DNA of 60,632 bases, filler included, from Bipalium vagum (Eukaryota), in NCBI GenBank assembly GCA_037834085.1. It is 3 parts of 3 records of this genome, joined end to end, with 100 filler letters (N's around TTAATTAATTAA, not from the genome) between each part and the next. Parts side by side here need not be neighbours in the genome. Positions count along the whole stretch, not along the records: positions 20,644 to 40,739 come from JBBMKC010260364.1; positions 40,840 to 60,632 come from JBBMKC010267674.1; 1 more part is not named here. One strand, given 5' to 3'. Positions 33,143 through 46,603 of this stretch are shown here, piece by piece. Under the pieces are notes generated by a model that was not told where the DNA came from, searched no databases, and saw nothing but the letters and a program-made list of their open reading frames with translations. The position numbers were made by a program, and so were the translations under genes. Numbering within the stretch: position 1 is the stretch's first letter; each line of letters begins with the position of its first letter.

Positions 33143-36100
33143 AATTTGTATTAATTCCAAGTGTTTAACCGATTGAGTTATGCTTAAATTATTAATTAAC
33201 ATTTATTTAGTGATAGAAGGAAAAACTTATTAATATTTTCTTTATTTTTTTCTATTGTTCTCTCGCTAATTTGATTCTGCTTCGCTCTAGGCGACAAAAT
33301 ACGCATTTTGTTATCAGGGCTTCTTTGACTATCGTAAAGATAAGAAGATATTTTGTTAATTAAATAATGGTTTGTATTTTGAATATAGTTTATTGATTGA
33401 ATAGATTTCATTTCTATTTTGTTAATCGCTTTGTTTATTCGTGAATTTTCTATTATTTACACTTCCTTCAACGGAGTTGGTGAGCCCATTTGTAATCACC
33501 CCTTGTTTAGCTTGCGACCTAGACCGTCATATATTAGTGAATGTTAAAAGTTTACATTTGTACCTATTTAAACCATATTTTCATTTTTTTACATATTTGT
33601 TTAAATAACATTTATAAAATCAAAAGTACTTTTAATAATCGTATTTTCAGGTATATTAATGCACACAAGTATATAAAACGCAAGTTGTTTTCTTTTAATT
33701 TATTTCATGTGTTATAAAATTATTGTATAATACACTTGTGGAGACTACGACGACCAACAACAGCAGAACCATCAATAAGAGCAATGTCAACCAATTCAGA
33801 CACCCAATCCTGAAAAACTTTATAACATTGCGTTATCCTGAAAAAACTTTATAACATTGGTGTATCTGATTCGCTCTTTTTACTTATATGCGTGTTTATC
33901 ATGACAATTTTTATCAAATTATCCTTTTCTGTATATATTGAAAATTGTGTTTTAAAAGAAAAAAAATATATATGTTATATACATGTACATGTACATGTTT
34001 TGAAATAATGTAAACCAATTTTGACCAAAAAATAATAAAGTGATAATTAAATAATAATTAAATATTATTAATAATAAAAAACGATGAGTAAATAATAAAA
34101 AATTAAAAGTAGATCATATAAGAAACAAAATATAGTATAAAAAAGTAGATTAATATGTAAGAAGTATTATTAATATTATTCGGATATAGTTTATTATTAT
34201 TATTATTATTAATGTTATATATTTAGATTTATATAAGAAAACTTTAAGGTAACAATAAGTTACTAGAAATAAAAATTTGAAAAGAAATTTTATAGGAAAA
34301 TGATACAAATAGAAGAAAAGTAAATTAATAAAATTATATACAGAAAAAGAGACTTACTAAAAATAAAAAAAAGGAAAAAAGAATTATATTAAAGAAAGTT
34401 AAAATTTAAAAAACACACACACATTTCAAATTCAAAGACAACATACAGCAGACTTTCAAAGACAACAAACGTCACGAATTATAACAGTCAACGTTCCGAA
34501 TTCGGGTATTAACAGCAAATAACAAAATTAATTAAACAAAATAAAAAATTTTAATTCTCAAATATAATTTCAAGCAGAGTTTAATTGGAAGCTGTAGACA
34601 GCAAGATCAATATTTCAATCAGAATTTAATTGGAAGCTGTATGCAGCAAGATCAATTTCAAAGACTCAAAGTCAACAGTATCAATTCTCAATTAAAATAA
34701 AAGCAAAACAAGCTGCGAACATCAACGACCAGAAAGCATATATAAACCTCTACAAAGGACAAACAAGAAGAAGAAAACTCAAGCAAAAAATTCCCCGATT
34801 AAACGAATCAATATCGGATCTCCAAAATATCCAAATCTCAAAAGTTCAGTCAATAGTGAAACCTTCGAATTCCTATCACGACGTCAAGTTCACCAGTTGA
34901 TTCCAAAACGTCATCGAATATTTATATGCTTTGTTGTTAGAGTAAACCTTCTTTTATAATTTCACTTGATGCTGAATAGTATCAAAGTTTAATATTAAAT
35001 AAAAAAATTTTCTTAAGTGTATTGGTTTCATAGTTTTGGTCTTAAGTAGTTGTTTTTGATATAATTTAAGTTTAACAGTTTTTGTCACAGTTTTTATTAA
35101 CCGTTATGTATCTTTATAATATAATACATTCATATTTCTCTATAATAAAATACATTTATATATTATATAATCTCCTAATATAATATAATACCGGCTTGAA
35201 ATCTAAAATTTCCAAGACTGGACTCGATTTTTAATAACATTTATTATTTTTTTATATACATTTACATTTTTAACTAAGCAGGCGTGTCTTGTTAGACAAG
35301 ACAGTTTGTATAAATTAATAGTAATTAAATACTCAGGCCAGGACCTGAGGATCAAGTAATTTTTTAAATTCATATTTCTCATTTACCTTTTGTTTTTTTT
35401 GTTCATATTTCACACTCTAAGTAGGGCGGTGAAGTATATTTGTTTTTCTTTACTGAGGACCTTTGAGCCTAAGTGCGAGAGGATTTTTATAAATATTAAT
35501 TATAATTAATAAACTCACATTAATCGGTCAGAATTGGTATCACTCATTTGTAGTATCAAACTTTAATTCGATTTCAATAAAAGTATTAAACTTACATCGT
35601 TATTTCAGTTTATTTGGTAATTTTAACGAACAAAACCTTACGCAACCTTCAACCGTTGAGACCTAAGTTAAACTCAAGCTCCATATTTTAAGATCACTTT
35701 AACCACCCTCTTAGGATCTTAACAAATTATTAAATATAAATAAAATCTATTATCATTATTTTTAATATTTACTACATAAGAATATCTTATTGGTAATTTT
35801 ATATAAGTAGGTAAGGAAACGCGACCGCTTTTTGTTTTTGAGTTGTTGTTTGCATTTATTACTTCCTACTTAATTAGGTTTAGCGGAAAATAATTGCGGT
35901 TTAAAGTCGTTAACTTTAAAACATTTAACTCAGCTCCGAAACAACTTTAATTAAAATAAGAAGTATCAAAATTGATACGATCTTGCAAATGAGATGAATG
36001 TTTATATGTTTCAATAAATAGAGATTCACGACACGGGTACCCATTGTTGATCTTGGTTGGGTTATTTTAGATTTCTCTTTATTATTTTTTTGTGATTCTT

Positions 36101-36540
36101 TGTTTTGAAATTCTTTGAAATTCATTTTATTTTTAATCATAAATTGTTTTAGCATTCATTTGAGTCAATATTATATTTTGTTCTTATTCATTCATTTGTG
36201 ATAATTTGCAATTAAGGAGGGTTGATTTTTGTGGACCTTGGATCAGTTGAACGTGATTTTTAGACATTTGACTAAAATTGATTATTGAATTGATTGCGAT
36301 TTTTTTGATACGTGTAACGGTACAATCTTTTGTTTTAATAAAGTTTTACGGTGATTTTTTTATTCGATTTTGGTTGCGAATAAGGATTTATTGTGGCAGG
36401 TTTGATTCAATTGGGTGTAGTGATATTAATAATAGAAAAACGAAATAACATTGAATAGTGAGGAGTTATTGATTTCGAGCTAAAGTTATTCATTTCAGAT
36501 TAAGGATAATATTAACTGTGAGTTAAATTGAAAATTAGTC

Positions 36541-36590
36541 GGGGAATGTAGCTCAGCGGTCAGACCAGTCCATGCGCATGTGAAAGGTCT
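36541..36590 (+). pseudogene. tRNA-Ala-derived pseudogene or SINE head, 5' part
   Basis: GGGGAATGTAGCTCAGCGGT (A-box-like) ...CATGCGCATGTG; no T-arm. Confidence 0.6.
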
Positions 36591-36964
36591 GATAGATTGT
36601 TTTGTCCTTGGAATATTCTAAATAAACATTGAATTGCTTTTGTTTACTCCAAGACTCATCTAATTTCTTTTTATTTTGATCCACTTCAATCTCCGCTTAT
36701 CCCTGATTATGTAGAAAAACAGGTGTCAAAATTACTGATTGTCAACTGAAAGCAAATAACAAGACAATGGCTACGATTTTCAACTAACAGTAACATTTTT
36801 TAAAATATAATTTTAATTTTTTTAAAATAAATTCCTTAGATCCTCCTATTTTCTTATTTTTTAATCACTTATACCGAAACATTACCAATAATAAAAATTA
36901 TATTTTTATATTCACTGGATTTAAAATTTGATTTAAATGTTAAAGTCTTCTAAAATTATTCATT

Positions 36965-37610
36965 ATGATTTGAAGAAACCTTAAATAATTTTATATGAAG
37001 TAATATTTGGTGTATTTCGAGCTTACATCACACCATTAGTTGCAATTATCGGAATAATCTGAAATATACTTGTTATTCGAATTTTCTACTTTGAAACGAA
37101 ACTGTCCAGATTTTCAGTCTACTGTATAAGTTTAAGCTTAATTCAACTGATCGCTCTCATCATAAATTCTTTCATGAATGACTTTTTAGGCCGTGGCTTA
37201 TCATGTTTTTTGATATTATATAAAAATTTTCAAATAGGATACTTGTTCGGATGCTAGTTGCAAATTAATGGAATATGTTCCAAATACAATGTTCTTTATA
37301 TCTTCATTTATTAGTCTTATTTTCTGTTGACCGTTTAATAACCATTCATCAACCTTAGATTTCATTCGTCATTCTACATAAAATATTCTGTGGCAGCATG
37401 TATAACATTTTTTATTGGACTTGTTATTAATATACCATTATTACTAAGCTATGGACTAGTAAAGCAAGAAACAAGTTTTGGTGATAATCTTAAATGTACA
37501 ATCATTGAATTTAATGAACAGAATTTAATAGGTGATTTCGCTATATACATAACTCTATATATTATACCGATTTTCATTGTTCTCATATTAAACGAATTAA
37601 TTTATATTTA
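36965..37610 (+). pseudogene. Flatworm PROF1-like rhodopsin-family GPCR pseudogene (TM1-TM5)
   Basis: FRAYITPLVAIIGII*NILVI (GN mutated to stop at 37060), SRFSVYCISL, NDFLGRGL, CKLMEYVPNTMFFISS, SVDRLITIHQP; frameshifts; ends at a mariner insertion. Confidence 0.8.
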
Positions 37611-37628
37611 TAATTATGACTTTATATA

Positions 37629-38123
37629 TAGGTTGCTTGAAAAGTTCTGAAAGCGAAAAAGAAGGAACGTAAATTTTTTATTTAAATTCATATTATTATA
37701 TAACAGTCTCCTAGCAATTCAACACATTTAGTCCAGTTGTTTTCCACCAATTCTAAGCCATGTTTAAAGTGAGATTCCGGAAGGTCTGGAAAATACTGGT
37801 CTACGGATGCCATAGCTTCTTCATTTGATTTAAAATGCTTACCCCGGAGAAATTGCTTTAGGTTTTTGAAAAGGTAGAAGTCGCTAGGAGCCAAATCTGG
37901 TGAATAAGTTGGTTGTTCAAGTACGCACGATTTTCTAATTTTTCCATACTAAAAAAAATGGCTAATCAAATTAAATGGTGTGTCATATAATAATAATAAA
38001 GTGATCTATTAAAACAAAATATTTAATGTGTTATGCTAGAATATTGTATATTAAAATAGCATAGAAATATTTGACCTTACATTGTTTTATATTTGCTGCT
38101 TTCAGAACTTTTCACGCAACATA
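37629..38123 (-). mobile_element. Internally deleted mariner
   Basis: TIRs TAGGTTGCTTGAAAAGTTCTGAAAGC / GCTTTCAGAACTTTTCACGCAACATA; YSPDLAPSDFYLFKNLK. Confidence 0.9.
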
Positions 38124-38757
38124 TATATTATTTGTTTCTTAAATAGAAATTTTTAATTTTGGAATTCAATATTAAACATGTTTCAATAATTTGTAATCAT
38201 TATAATAAGAAAAATGCAAGTATTAGTACAGAAAATTGAAAAATAAGTAATTTGGAGAAAAATAGAGAAAAGCCCTTATAATTAATTGGAAATATTTATT
38301 AATCAATTTTTTAAAAAAATTATAACTATGGAATAAATTAATTTAATAAAACAAACTGGAAACAAGTAAATATAGTCCTTTAAGTATTTACATTCGTTTC
38401 TATTTGGTATTAATTGTTTGTATTTAGATTTCAGGAATATTTTTCTAAGAATAAAAGGATACTATTAAATTATTTTGGAAATCCAAAAATTAGAATTTTT
38501 ACCATTAAACAAAGTTTGTCAATTTATTTTTATGATTTTTGAAATCAGTTTACATATTTTCTGTAAAAAGCTTTTTATAATATCTAAACTTAATAAGACA
38601 ATTTTTAACTACTTATCAAATTGTAATTTATTCTGATAAAAATGTTCGTAAACTAACTGATTATGAAAATGTTTTTTTTACTTTTAAACATTTTTTTTCT
38701 GAAAGGCGTTGAAAATACTTTAATTAAACATTTAACATTTAACAGTTTCACAGTGTA

Positions 38758-39600
38758 TCAACTAATGTTATTCATATCATCTTTCAAAATAGTATAGGAT
38801 TTACTAGAATCATTATCGTACAAAATAGCATATTTGTATTCATTTGTTCCAACTGCTTCTTCGTGTTTATCTGTATTAGAGAAATAGTTCAGAGATCCAT
38901 CATTATTCCAATTAGAAGATGGCCAGTAAGGCAGAGAGCTAGAAGCCGGAGTGCAATGATCGATGATTTTTACATTTAAAGAATTTAGCTGTTCAGGTAT
39001 TAATGAATTAGTATGTTCTTTAAGTATTGCAACATTTACTGATACTGTACTTGGATTTTCTATATATGTAACACCTGGTGGTCTATAATCGTAGTAGTAA
39101 AAATCATCATTTTCATTACCCTTTCTAGCATATTTTCCAGATCTAACATATTTTCGACTTGAAAATTGTTGATCTTGATTCAAGCGTCGATCTTTACCTC
39201 TTCGATTTTGAAACCAATTGCGTACCTTTTCTATTGGTAAATGTAATTCTTCAGCAATTTCTTCTCTTCTTTTTCGGTTAATAAATGTTGACGATTGATA
39301 AATACTTTCTAATATATCTACAACATGTTTTGATAGTCTATTAGTATCTCCAATTACAGGACTGGGTAAATTCTTTTCAAATTTAACATTTGGATCCTTA
39401 GATGATGTTGACATCTCTCTCTCCTTTGCTATCTGTTCCTTTGATATTTCAATTAAGTACTTTACTGATTCATCGATGCTATAATTTTTTGATTCTGATT
39501 CCAAAGAATAAAAATCTCTTTTATTTGGTTGTATTTTTATGGAATCATAATACTCAGAGTAATCCGGGTATAAATAATATTCTTCATAAATGAAATTCAT
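38758..39600 (-). CDS. Divergent homeodomain transcription factor, single-exon 280 aa (homeodomain about 39178-39357)
   Basis: Open 280-codon ORF in very AT-rich DNA; LESIY...RREEIAEELHLPIEKVRNWFQNRRGKDRR. Confidence 0.88.
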   Translation of the reverse strand: MNFIYEEYYLYPDYSEYYDSIKIQPNKRDFYSLESESKNYSIDESVKYLIEISKEQIAKEREMSTSSKDPNVKFEKNLPSPVIGDTNRLSKHVVDILESIYQSSTFINRKRREEIAEELHLPIEKVRNWFQNRRGKDRRLNQDQQFSSRKYVRSGKYARKGNENDDFYYYDYRPPGVTYIENPSTVSVNVAILKEHTNSLIPEQLNSLNVKIIDHCTPASSSLPYWPSSNWNNDGSLNYFSNTDKHEEAVGTNEYKYAILYDNDSSKSYTILKDDMNNIS

Positions 39601-40665
39601 GTCAGAATTTTAAAAATATTATGATTGATTTATTTAGTTTAAATATTCTAAGTATTAGTAATTATTATTTTTTAATCATATATCACTTTTTACATAAAAT
39701 AACTCAGAAATTCTAAATATATTTCTGTTGGTATTGATGATCGTAATAAACTTAAGATTGATAATAAAAATAAATTTGAAGTAAATTTGTATAAATAATT
39801 ATTATTATTTCCGAGGCCACTTTGTAAATTGGTAATTATTTCAATAATTTATTTAGAAGAAATTTAGGATCATGTTTTTTTTACCGGTCTGTTACATCAA
39901 GTCTCTTTTTTGACCGATCTCAATTTGTTCATGTTAATATTAAAGAAATAAATATTAAATGAATAAGCAGCATGGTGATGGGTATTCCATTTGATGAAAT
40001 TATGTTTCAAGAGAAAACAGTCGGTTATTCCTATTAGGTAATTTATAATAATATTTATATTAATATAATAAATTAATGTATCCATTAAAAAAAGCAACAC
40101 TATTTAACAAAACACTTCTTGACCATCTTCGTCGGAATATTTGATATTTCCACTTCATTTAAGTTTATCTTGGACATCATTGTGTATTTTCCTTTTCCTT
40201 AGTATTCCTATTTCTGTTATTACCTTTACTCTTATTCTTATTTTTTTGTTATTCTTAATATTATCATTTTTATTAATTTTATTTAGTTAGGATCGACCCG
40301 TATTACTTGAATCTTGGTTATTTAAAGTTAAATGAGGTTGTTTCTAATTAAAATTGTCAATTTTAGCTGCAGAAGCATAGCTCTTTTTCAACTTTTTTGG
40401 AGTTTGATCCCAAAAACCAGATTTTATGATGGGAGTATCGTTAGGTCTCGATCTTTGATTCAAATAATATGGGTCGATATTAATTAATTGAGAAAGAGAG
40501 GAAGTGGAGAGTTATAGTTGAAGAAAGGTGTCACATTTATGGGCCTTGGAAGATCACAAAAGTAAGTTACTGAAGACACGGTCGTTTCAAGGTCTGTTGT
40601 TATTAATTTCTATGTAGAAATGAGGAAAAATTGTGACATTTTTTTAAATTATTGAGTTGTAGCAA

Positions 40666-40673
40666 TAATAATG

Positions 40674-40739
<66 letters not shown>
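40666..40739. repeat. (AAT)n microsatellite at gap edge
   Basis: More than 20 units. Confidence 0.95.
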
Positions 40740-40839
40740 NNNNNNNNNNNNNNNNNNNNNNNNNNNNNNNNNNNNNNNNNNNNTTAATTAATTAANNNNN
40801 NNNNNNNNNNNNNNNNNNNNNNNNNNNNNNNNNNNNNNN
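40740..40839. other. Assembly gap with TTAATTAATTAA spacer
   Basis: N runs with linker. Confidence 0.95.
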
Positions 40840-41312
40840 GAGATGTTCATTTTTATTGAATTGGATATCCATTTTGAATTTCATGTAAAACTAAATTAAA
40901 AACTAATGAGTTAAAAAAACTATTAATAAATAACAAACACGTGATCTGTCTATTTAAATATTAAATTAAATTAATAATAGATGCATCTAATTTCATTCAA
41001 AACGACATCGAAAAAAAACGGCACGAATTTATTAGACAACCTTATATATTGCCGTAAAGATATGTTCAATGTCAGCCAGTGGTAAACTAGAGCGAGGTTC
41101 GTCTTCAAGATTGGTTTCGTCACACTACAGCCACGCTTCTCATACTGTGAATGAAAGAAAGCACGATTTTCAATTTTCGTTACAGACATCTCGATTTTTA
41201 TATCAAAAATAAAATAATTTAAGCTAAAGTACTCATTATTTAAAATGATTTTTTAATTTTTTTAGTTTATTATTCATGATTAATTAGTTTCAAATTTTTA
41301 ATCAAAGAATGA

Positions 41313-41857
41313 GACTTTTTAAATAACCTTGTACAATGAGGTTACGACATTACTCAGGTTTTCTAACAAGCTTTAAAAGCTGCATGGATATTTTATCAGT
41401 TTTTAAAAATTTAAATTACCTCTAACTTCAAGATTCTAAATCTATTTTGTTTTAATTATTCATAACCAAAAAACAGAAATACGTAAATTGTAATTTGTTT
41501 TAGAGACAATTTGGTTATTTTTCTTTTAACTTGCAAACTTAAACTTATTATTGTTCAGCCGCTTGCATTGGTATGTGTAGTTTTTTTTATATTTATTTTC
41601 CATTGTCACATATTTGGAACGTTCAAGCAGACAATAAAGCACAAGCTCTACAAATATTACCAATAATTTATGACCAAGCGTATTTAAATAACTGATGCCA
41701 TTTTTTACACGTGAATCATATTAGTATATTTTTCATCTTTCATATACTTGGTTTCTTAAACAAGTTATTAAAATATTTATAGGAGTTTTATTTGAATTAA
41801 ATAAGTAAAAATTGGTATGAATAATTCTTGATTAATCATAAAATGAAATAAAAGTAA
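41313..41857 (+). repeat. About 545-bp direct repeat, copy 1 (copy 2 at 50148-50710)
   Basis: Near-identical by eye from AAATTACCTCTAACTTCAAG to AAATGAAATAAAAGTAA. Confidence 0.93.
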
Positions 41858-44449
41858 GCAGTAAAAAATAATTTATTTATATATGTGTTGTGATTAATAA
41901 GAAAATATTTTACCTAAAAAATGAAAAAAAAATTACAATGTTTTTTCTGATAAAACACCTTTTCGCATAAAAATATAATATTTGAATACATAATGTGTTA
42001 TGGTTAAACAATGTCTAAATCTACAACATTTAGACATTCTTGCTGACATTCCAGTACCTACTTCATTACAAGAACGGTTAATTTGGTTTATAGACTTATA
42101 AGTTGATGATCTTTTCATTTCACATTTAAGATGTTTCCTGAAGATAATCTTTTCGTTCTTTTCATATTCAATTTTATCTAAGAAATTACTTTTTTCCAGT
42201 GTTTCTTCACTTATAAGTGTTCATGATCTTTTCATGGACATCTATTAGTCTCAATTTTTAAAATGTTTTTTTTATTTCGCTTATAATTTTTATAATTGTG
42301 TTAATATTCTAAAGACTATTAATCAGTTTTTATTTTTATACCTGGTTATCAAACTGTCTATTATTTCCTAACTATATTTTCTCAAATGTTTTTCTTTTGG
42401 TTCATTCGCCAGCAAAAATAAAAACTAATAGATATTAACAAAATTTCATACAATTTATTCGATAATTATTGAAGTGAAACAAAAGTAACAAATCTGAAGT
42501 AATCACATGAAGGGTCGACCACTTTTGATTTTGCGAATTTTTTATTCCGTTTTGCTCAATTCACCTCCGAATTTGATTCTATCTTTTCTTCAATTTCTTT
42601 ATAATTTCAATTCCTAATTTCGACTGACTCCCGTGTGTTTATGGAGATACTGCTACTCAATTATATATAATTCATATAAGTCCATTGTTCTCTTAGTTTT
42701 CCAGGGTCTTTCTTTTACTTCAATATATATAATAAGCCCCTCAGTTTTCGAATATTTCTTTATTTACATCTGAAGTTTGACATATTTCTTACAATGTAGA
42801 ATAGTTTTGTTTCACCTTTTCCATTTCGAGTAAGTCTCTCATTATGTAATAAAAAGAATATTTTATTACAATAAAGCAATCGTTTACTAATTCAATTTTA
42901 CTCAAAATGTACTCAACACAATTAAATTAGATTTTAAATAAATGTTAATCAATTTTTTATGCGATGGAAATGATAACAATTTTTGATTTGATTAAAATTA
43001 GTTTAACAATTGGGTTTTAAAATATTGTTATAAGATAAACAATTTTTAAATGTTGTCTATAATTGTCATTTTAATTAAATATATTTCTTTCTAAAAGATT
43101 AATTGATTAAAAACACAAAAGTAATGTCAAAGTTTAATCAAATTGACGATACAAATTTATTTCTTTATTATAAAATAATAAATTAATAAATAGCAAAAGG
43201 TAATCCATCAATCAATCTGTTTCAGACTATTTTTTATTTTCTTGTTGATAAGAAACTTTTCCCAAGGAAAAAGAATCAGTAGTTTTTTTAGTCAATTGCT
43301 TCTCATTTTGAAACAAATAATACACATGATATTATACTTTTGTTTTATAGTAGGTATGTCTATTGTATTATGACATGATTTTTCTGATTTAATTGAAAAA
43401 GATTGTGTTTAGGAAATGATACGAAAAATAAGTAATTCCAAAATTAAATTAAAATTAGAATAATAGATGAAAAAAAATTTATTTTTGAAATTAAATTTAT
43501 AAGTATTTTTTAATGGAATGGGAAAAAAATTGTGTCGTACTTTATATATTGGGTTCGGAAATAAATTTTTGTTGCCATTACTCTGTCTATGTAGAGTAGA
43601 TTCTGCTCGTAGATGGTTTTCAGATAACTTGAATCAGTCTTTACTAATCTATCGGAGCAATAAGGGTCATCTATAACGAAAAATAGTCTATTCTTGGCAA
43701 TAAGTTTTTTGTGTCTGATGATGTTCTTACTCTTTTCAAAGTAATATATTTGTTGTGATGGTCAAAGGTACACCCCTTCAAATTATAAAGATCGCTAAAA
43801 AGTCTGAAGTATGGATATAATAATTATATATAATTATAATTAATAATTAATAAAAGTCCCTAAGGTTAATACTGATATAATATTTTTTATTTTTGATTCT
43901 TATCTTGACAAAGTCGAATGTCGAATTGCCAAGATTAGATCAGGGTCCGCAATTAGGAACCGATTTAGTATTATACACCTAAAAGGGGAATTGGCATTCC
44001 CAGATATGAATATTATAATATTAAACTTAACCTTGTAAACTTAACATATTTAAAAATAATATAACACAATATAAAGAAAATAAATATTTACTATTTTTAA
44101 TTTGAATTTTCACATAAAAATTATATAAATTATACAACATCAGATAATATATATACTATATCAGATTCAACATTTTAGTTATGAAAAAATGATATAGAAA
44201 CTTAAAAACTAACAAAATCTAAAAGCTTTATTTTCGCTTCCTTAAAAGTATTAATAAATTTAACTGCAAAAATATTTTTTTGAGTTTTGAGTTTCTTACG
44301 ATGTCAAAACTTTACTTTTTCAACCATTTCAAATTTAATTTATTCAATAATTAGTAATTAGAAGAATATTAAATTTATAATGTTCGATAGGTTTATCAAA
44401 TATTTTAAATATAAATATTTGTTTTCATTTGCATGTTAGAAAATGTCAA

Positions 44450-45355
44450 TAAGTAACAGGATCAGAGAAAAAGAGGAAGATATGGCTGAAGCCTGTAAAG
44501 ATGTGTAATCTCTTTAGATGAATTGGAAATAATTTCAGAAGGTAGGATATCTCCATCCGATATTATTTTAAGAATATTAGAAGTGAAAAGAAGAAGAGTG
44601 GGTCGAAATAATAGCTCTCTAATGAAACAAAGAGATTAATTATCCATGAGGCACTTAATAAAGCAACCAATCTTGAAGATAAAGAAAGCGATTTGGATTC
44701 AAATGTTTCACAGCAAACCATTAGGCATGTTTTAAAGTTCTGTGAAACTATTCGTTTCAAAAAGGAAATGAAAGCGCAACAAAAAACGATTTCTCTGGGA
44801 TAAAAATAAAATGGATCAATGAAAAAATGCGATACTGACTGACGAGAAATTTAATCTAGATGAAACAGGTGGTTTTGCGTACTACTGGAACCATTGAGTA
44901 AAGAACAGTTGGTTCGATGGCGAGGGTTCTTTAATGATCTGGGCATGTTTCAATTTCTGGGGAAAGTCAACTCTAGTGTTTTTTTCTGGAAAGCAAAACC
45001 GATGATAAAATCATAGACATTTAACTGATTATCTTCATTTCCTGAATGAATACTATAGTGATAATTTCATTTTCAAGCAAGATAACTGATGTCACCTGAC
45101 CAGATAAAGAAATATTGAAGATATGCCCTGGCCCACATAATCATCGGGCAATAACCAGAAAGAATATTTATGGAGATTAGTTGTCCGTAAAGTTTTTGAA
45201 TTTGGAGGACAATTGTAGTTCATTAGAAAGTTGAAAGCTGATATCCTCTATTTTTGGAAGATTACGGGAAAGAAAATTTTGGAAAACCTGATGAATTCAA
45301 TGCCACAGAATTTTTAAAGTTAGAAATAATCACGGATGTGCTATTAAATATTAAC
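44450..45355 (+). mobile_element. Tc1 transposase remnant
   Basis: LTDEKFNLDETG..., LMIWACF, FIFKQDN, NLMNSMP...; many stops. Confidence 0.75.
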
Positions 45356-46542
45356 AATTCAATTTTAATAATTTTTTGCGTTCCGAGTTTAAAATCAGTG
45401 TGTTTACTTTAACTCAGTTTTTTATTTTTCTGAAATTAAAATATATAAATTAGGAATTTTTATTCTAAATTAGACAATATTATGTATTTATATGCGCTAA
45501 ACTTATTAAATTTTACTTAGAACATATAATTTTATATTTATGTATATATCTAGCTAGATATTTTGTTGTATTTGTAGATGCGGGATTAATTTGTGCCAAT
45601 TTTACAATACTACTAATAATAATTACATAGTTTGTGTCTAATATATAATTTTAAACATCAAAGCGATAAAGAAAACTGTATTAATAACTATTTTATTACA
45701 TTATTAATAGAGCTTCTCTTAATCGGTTTGACGTTTAAAATTATAGATAACTGTTGTTAGTATTTAATTTTTACTGGAGAATTAACGATTTTAAATTACT
45801 TAAAATTCAATTAATAAAAGGTGAAAATAAACTTTCATTTGGAATTGTATACAAAAATTTCTGGACTTCTGTCAATTACTATATCTATATTAAAAATTTT
45901 ACTGATTAATAAATAATGGTATCTGAATAATAATGAGATACATTTATCAACAGATACACTGTTATCTGTGAGAAATGTATATCCTTATCCGACAGAAAAA
46001 TTTTAAAAGGGATGTTTATTTTAAATTTGCAGATTTTATCTAGAGCATCGTTCACATCTATTAAAATGCTTAACTCCATAGTTTCAGATTTGTGAAAAAT
46101 TGATAAAATGATGAAATATTAAACAAGGTTCTTAAAGAAAAGCTACTTTAAATAACTCTTATTTATAATTTAACAATTTTCAATTACATTCAGTAATTCT
46201 AGAATATACAAACTTTCTAAAACAGTTTTTGTTGAGTGAATAAAGGAAATAAAAATGAGGATTTAACGTGAGATAAAAAATTATTGGTATGATTTTATTT
46301 GTATTGAATATTTTTATGAATCTTCTTTTGCTGGTAATTTTAAATCAAATTAAAGGAAAAATTAATATAACTGGTGTCTTTACATTTGTCGAATTCATGA
46401 ATTCTAATAGAGCTTTATGAAAATTCTTTTAATGAATCATTTTAATAATTATAATTAATTAATCTTGAAAATATTGGAGAAATTAAAAATTATATATTTA
46501 TTGTTACTTTTTAAAATATAATTGTTAGTTGAAAATTATTCA

Positions 46543-46603
46543 GAGATACCGGGATTCGATCCCGGACTGACACATGCGCATGGACTGCTTTGCTACATCC
46601 CCC
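46543..46603 (-). pseudogene. tRNA-Ala-derived pseudogene or SINE head
   Basis: Minus strand GGGGATGTAGC...CATGCGCATGTG...CCGGGATCGAATCCCGGTATCTC (T-arm/B-box and acceptor stem present, D-arm deleted). Confidence 0.65.

Noticed and set aside
33730-33950. TLGVSDSLFLLICVFIM resembling GPCR TM2, next to a 24-nt tandem duplication
   Set aside because: Too short and frameshifted, with no other helices to support a call.
40541-40600. CTGAAGA within a CCTTG/CAAGG stem as a hammerhead ribozyme
   Set aside because: The GAAA half of the core is on the opposite strand, so no valid topology exists.
41933-42250. Cys-rich stretch resembling a piggyBac C-terminal domain
   Set aside because: Cys spacing could not be reconstructed and no TTAA/TIR ends were found.
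46543-46603. Functional tRNA gene
   Set aside because: The D-arm is deleted and the anticodon arm is irregular; kept only as a pseudogene.
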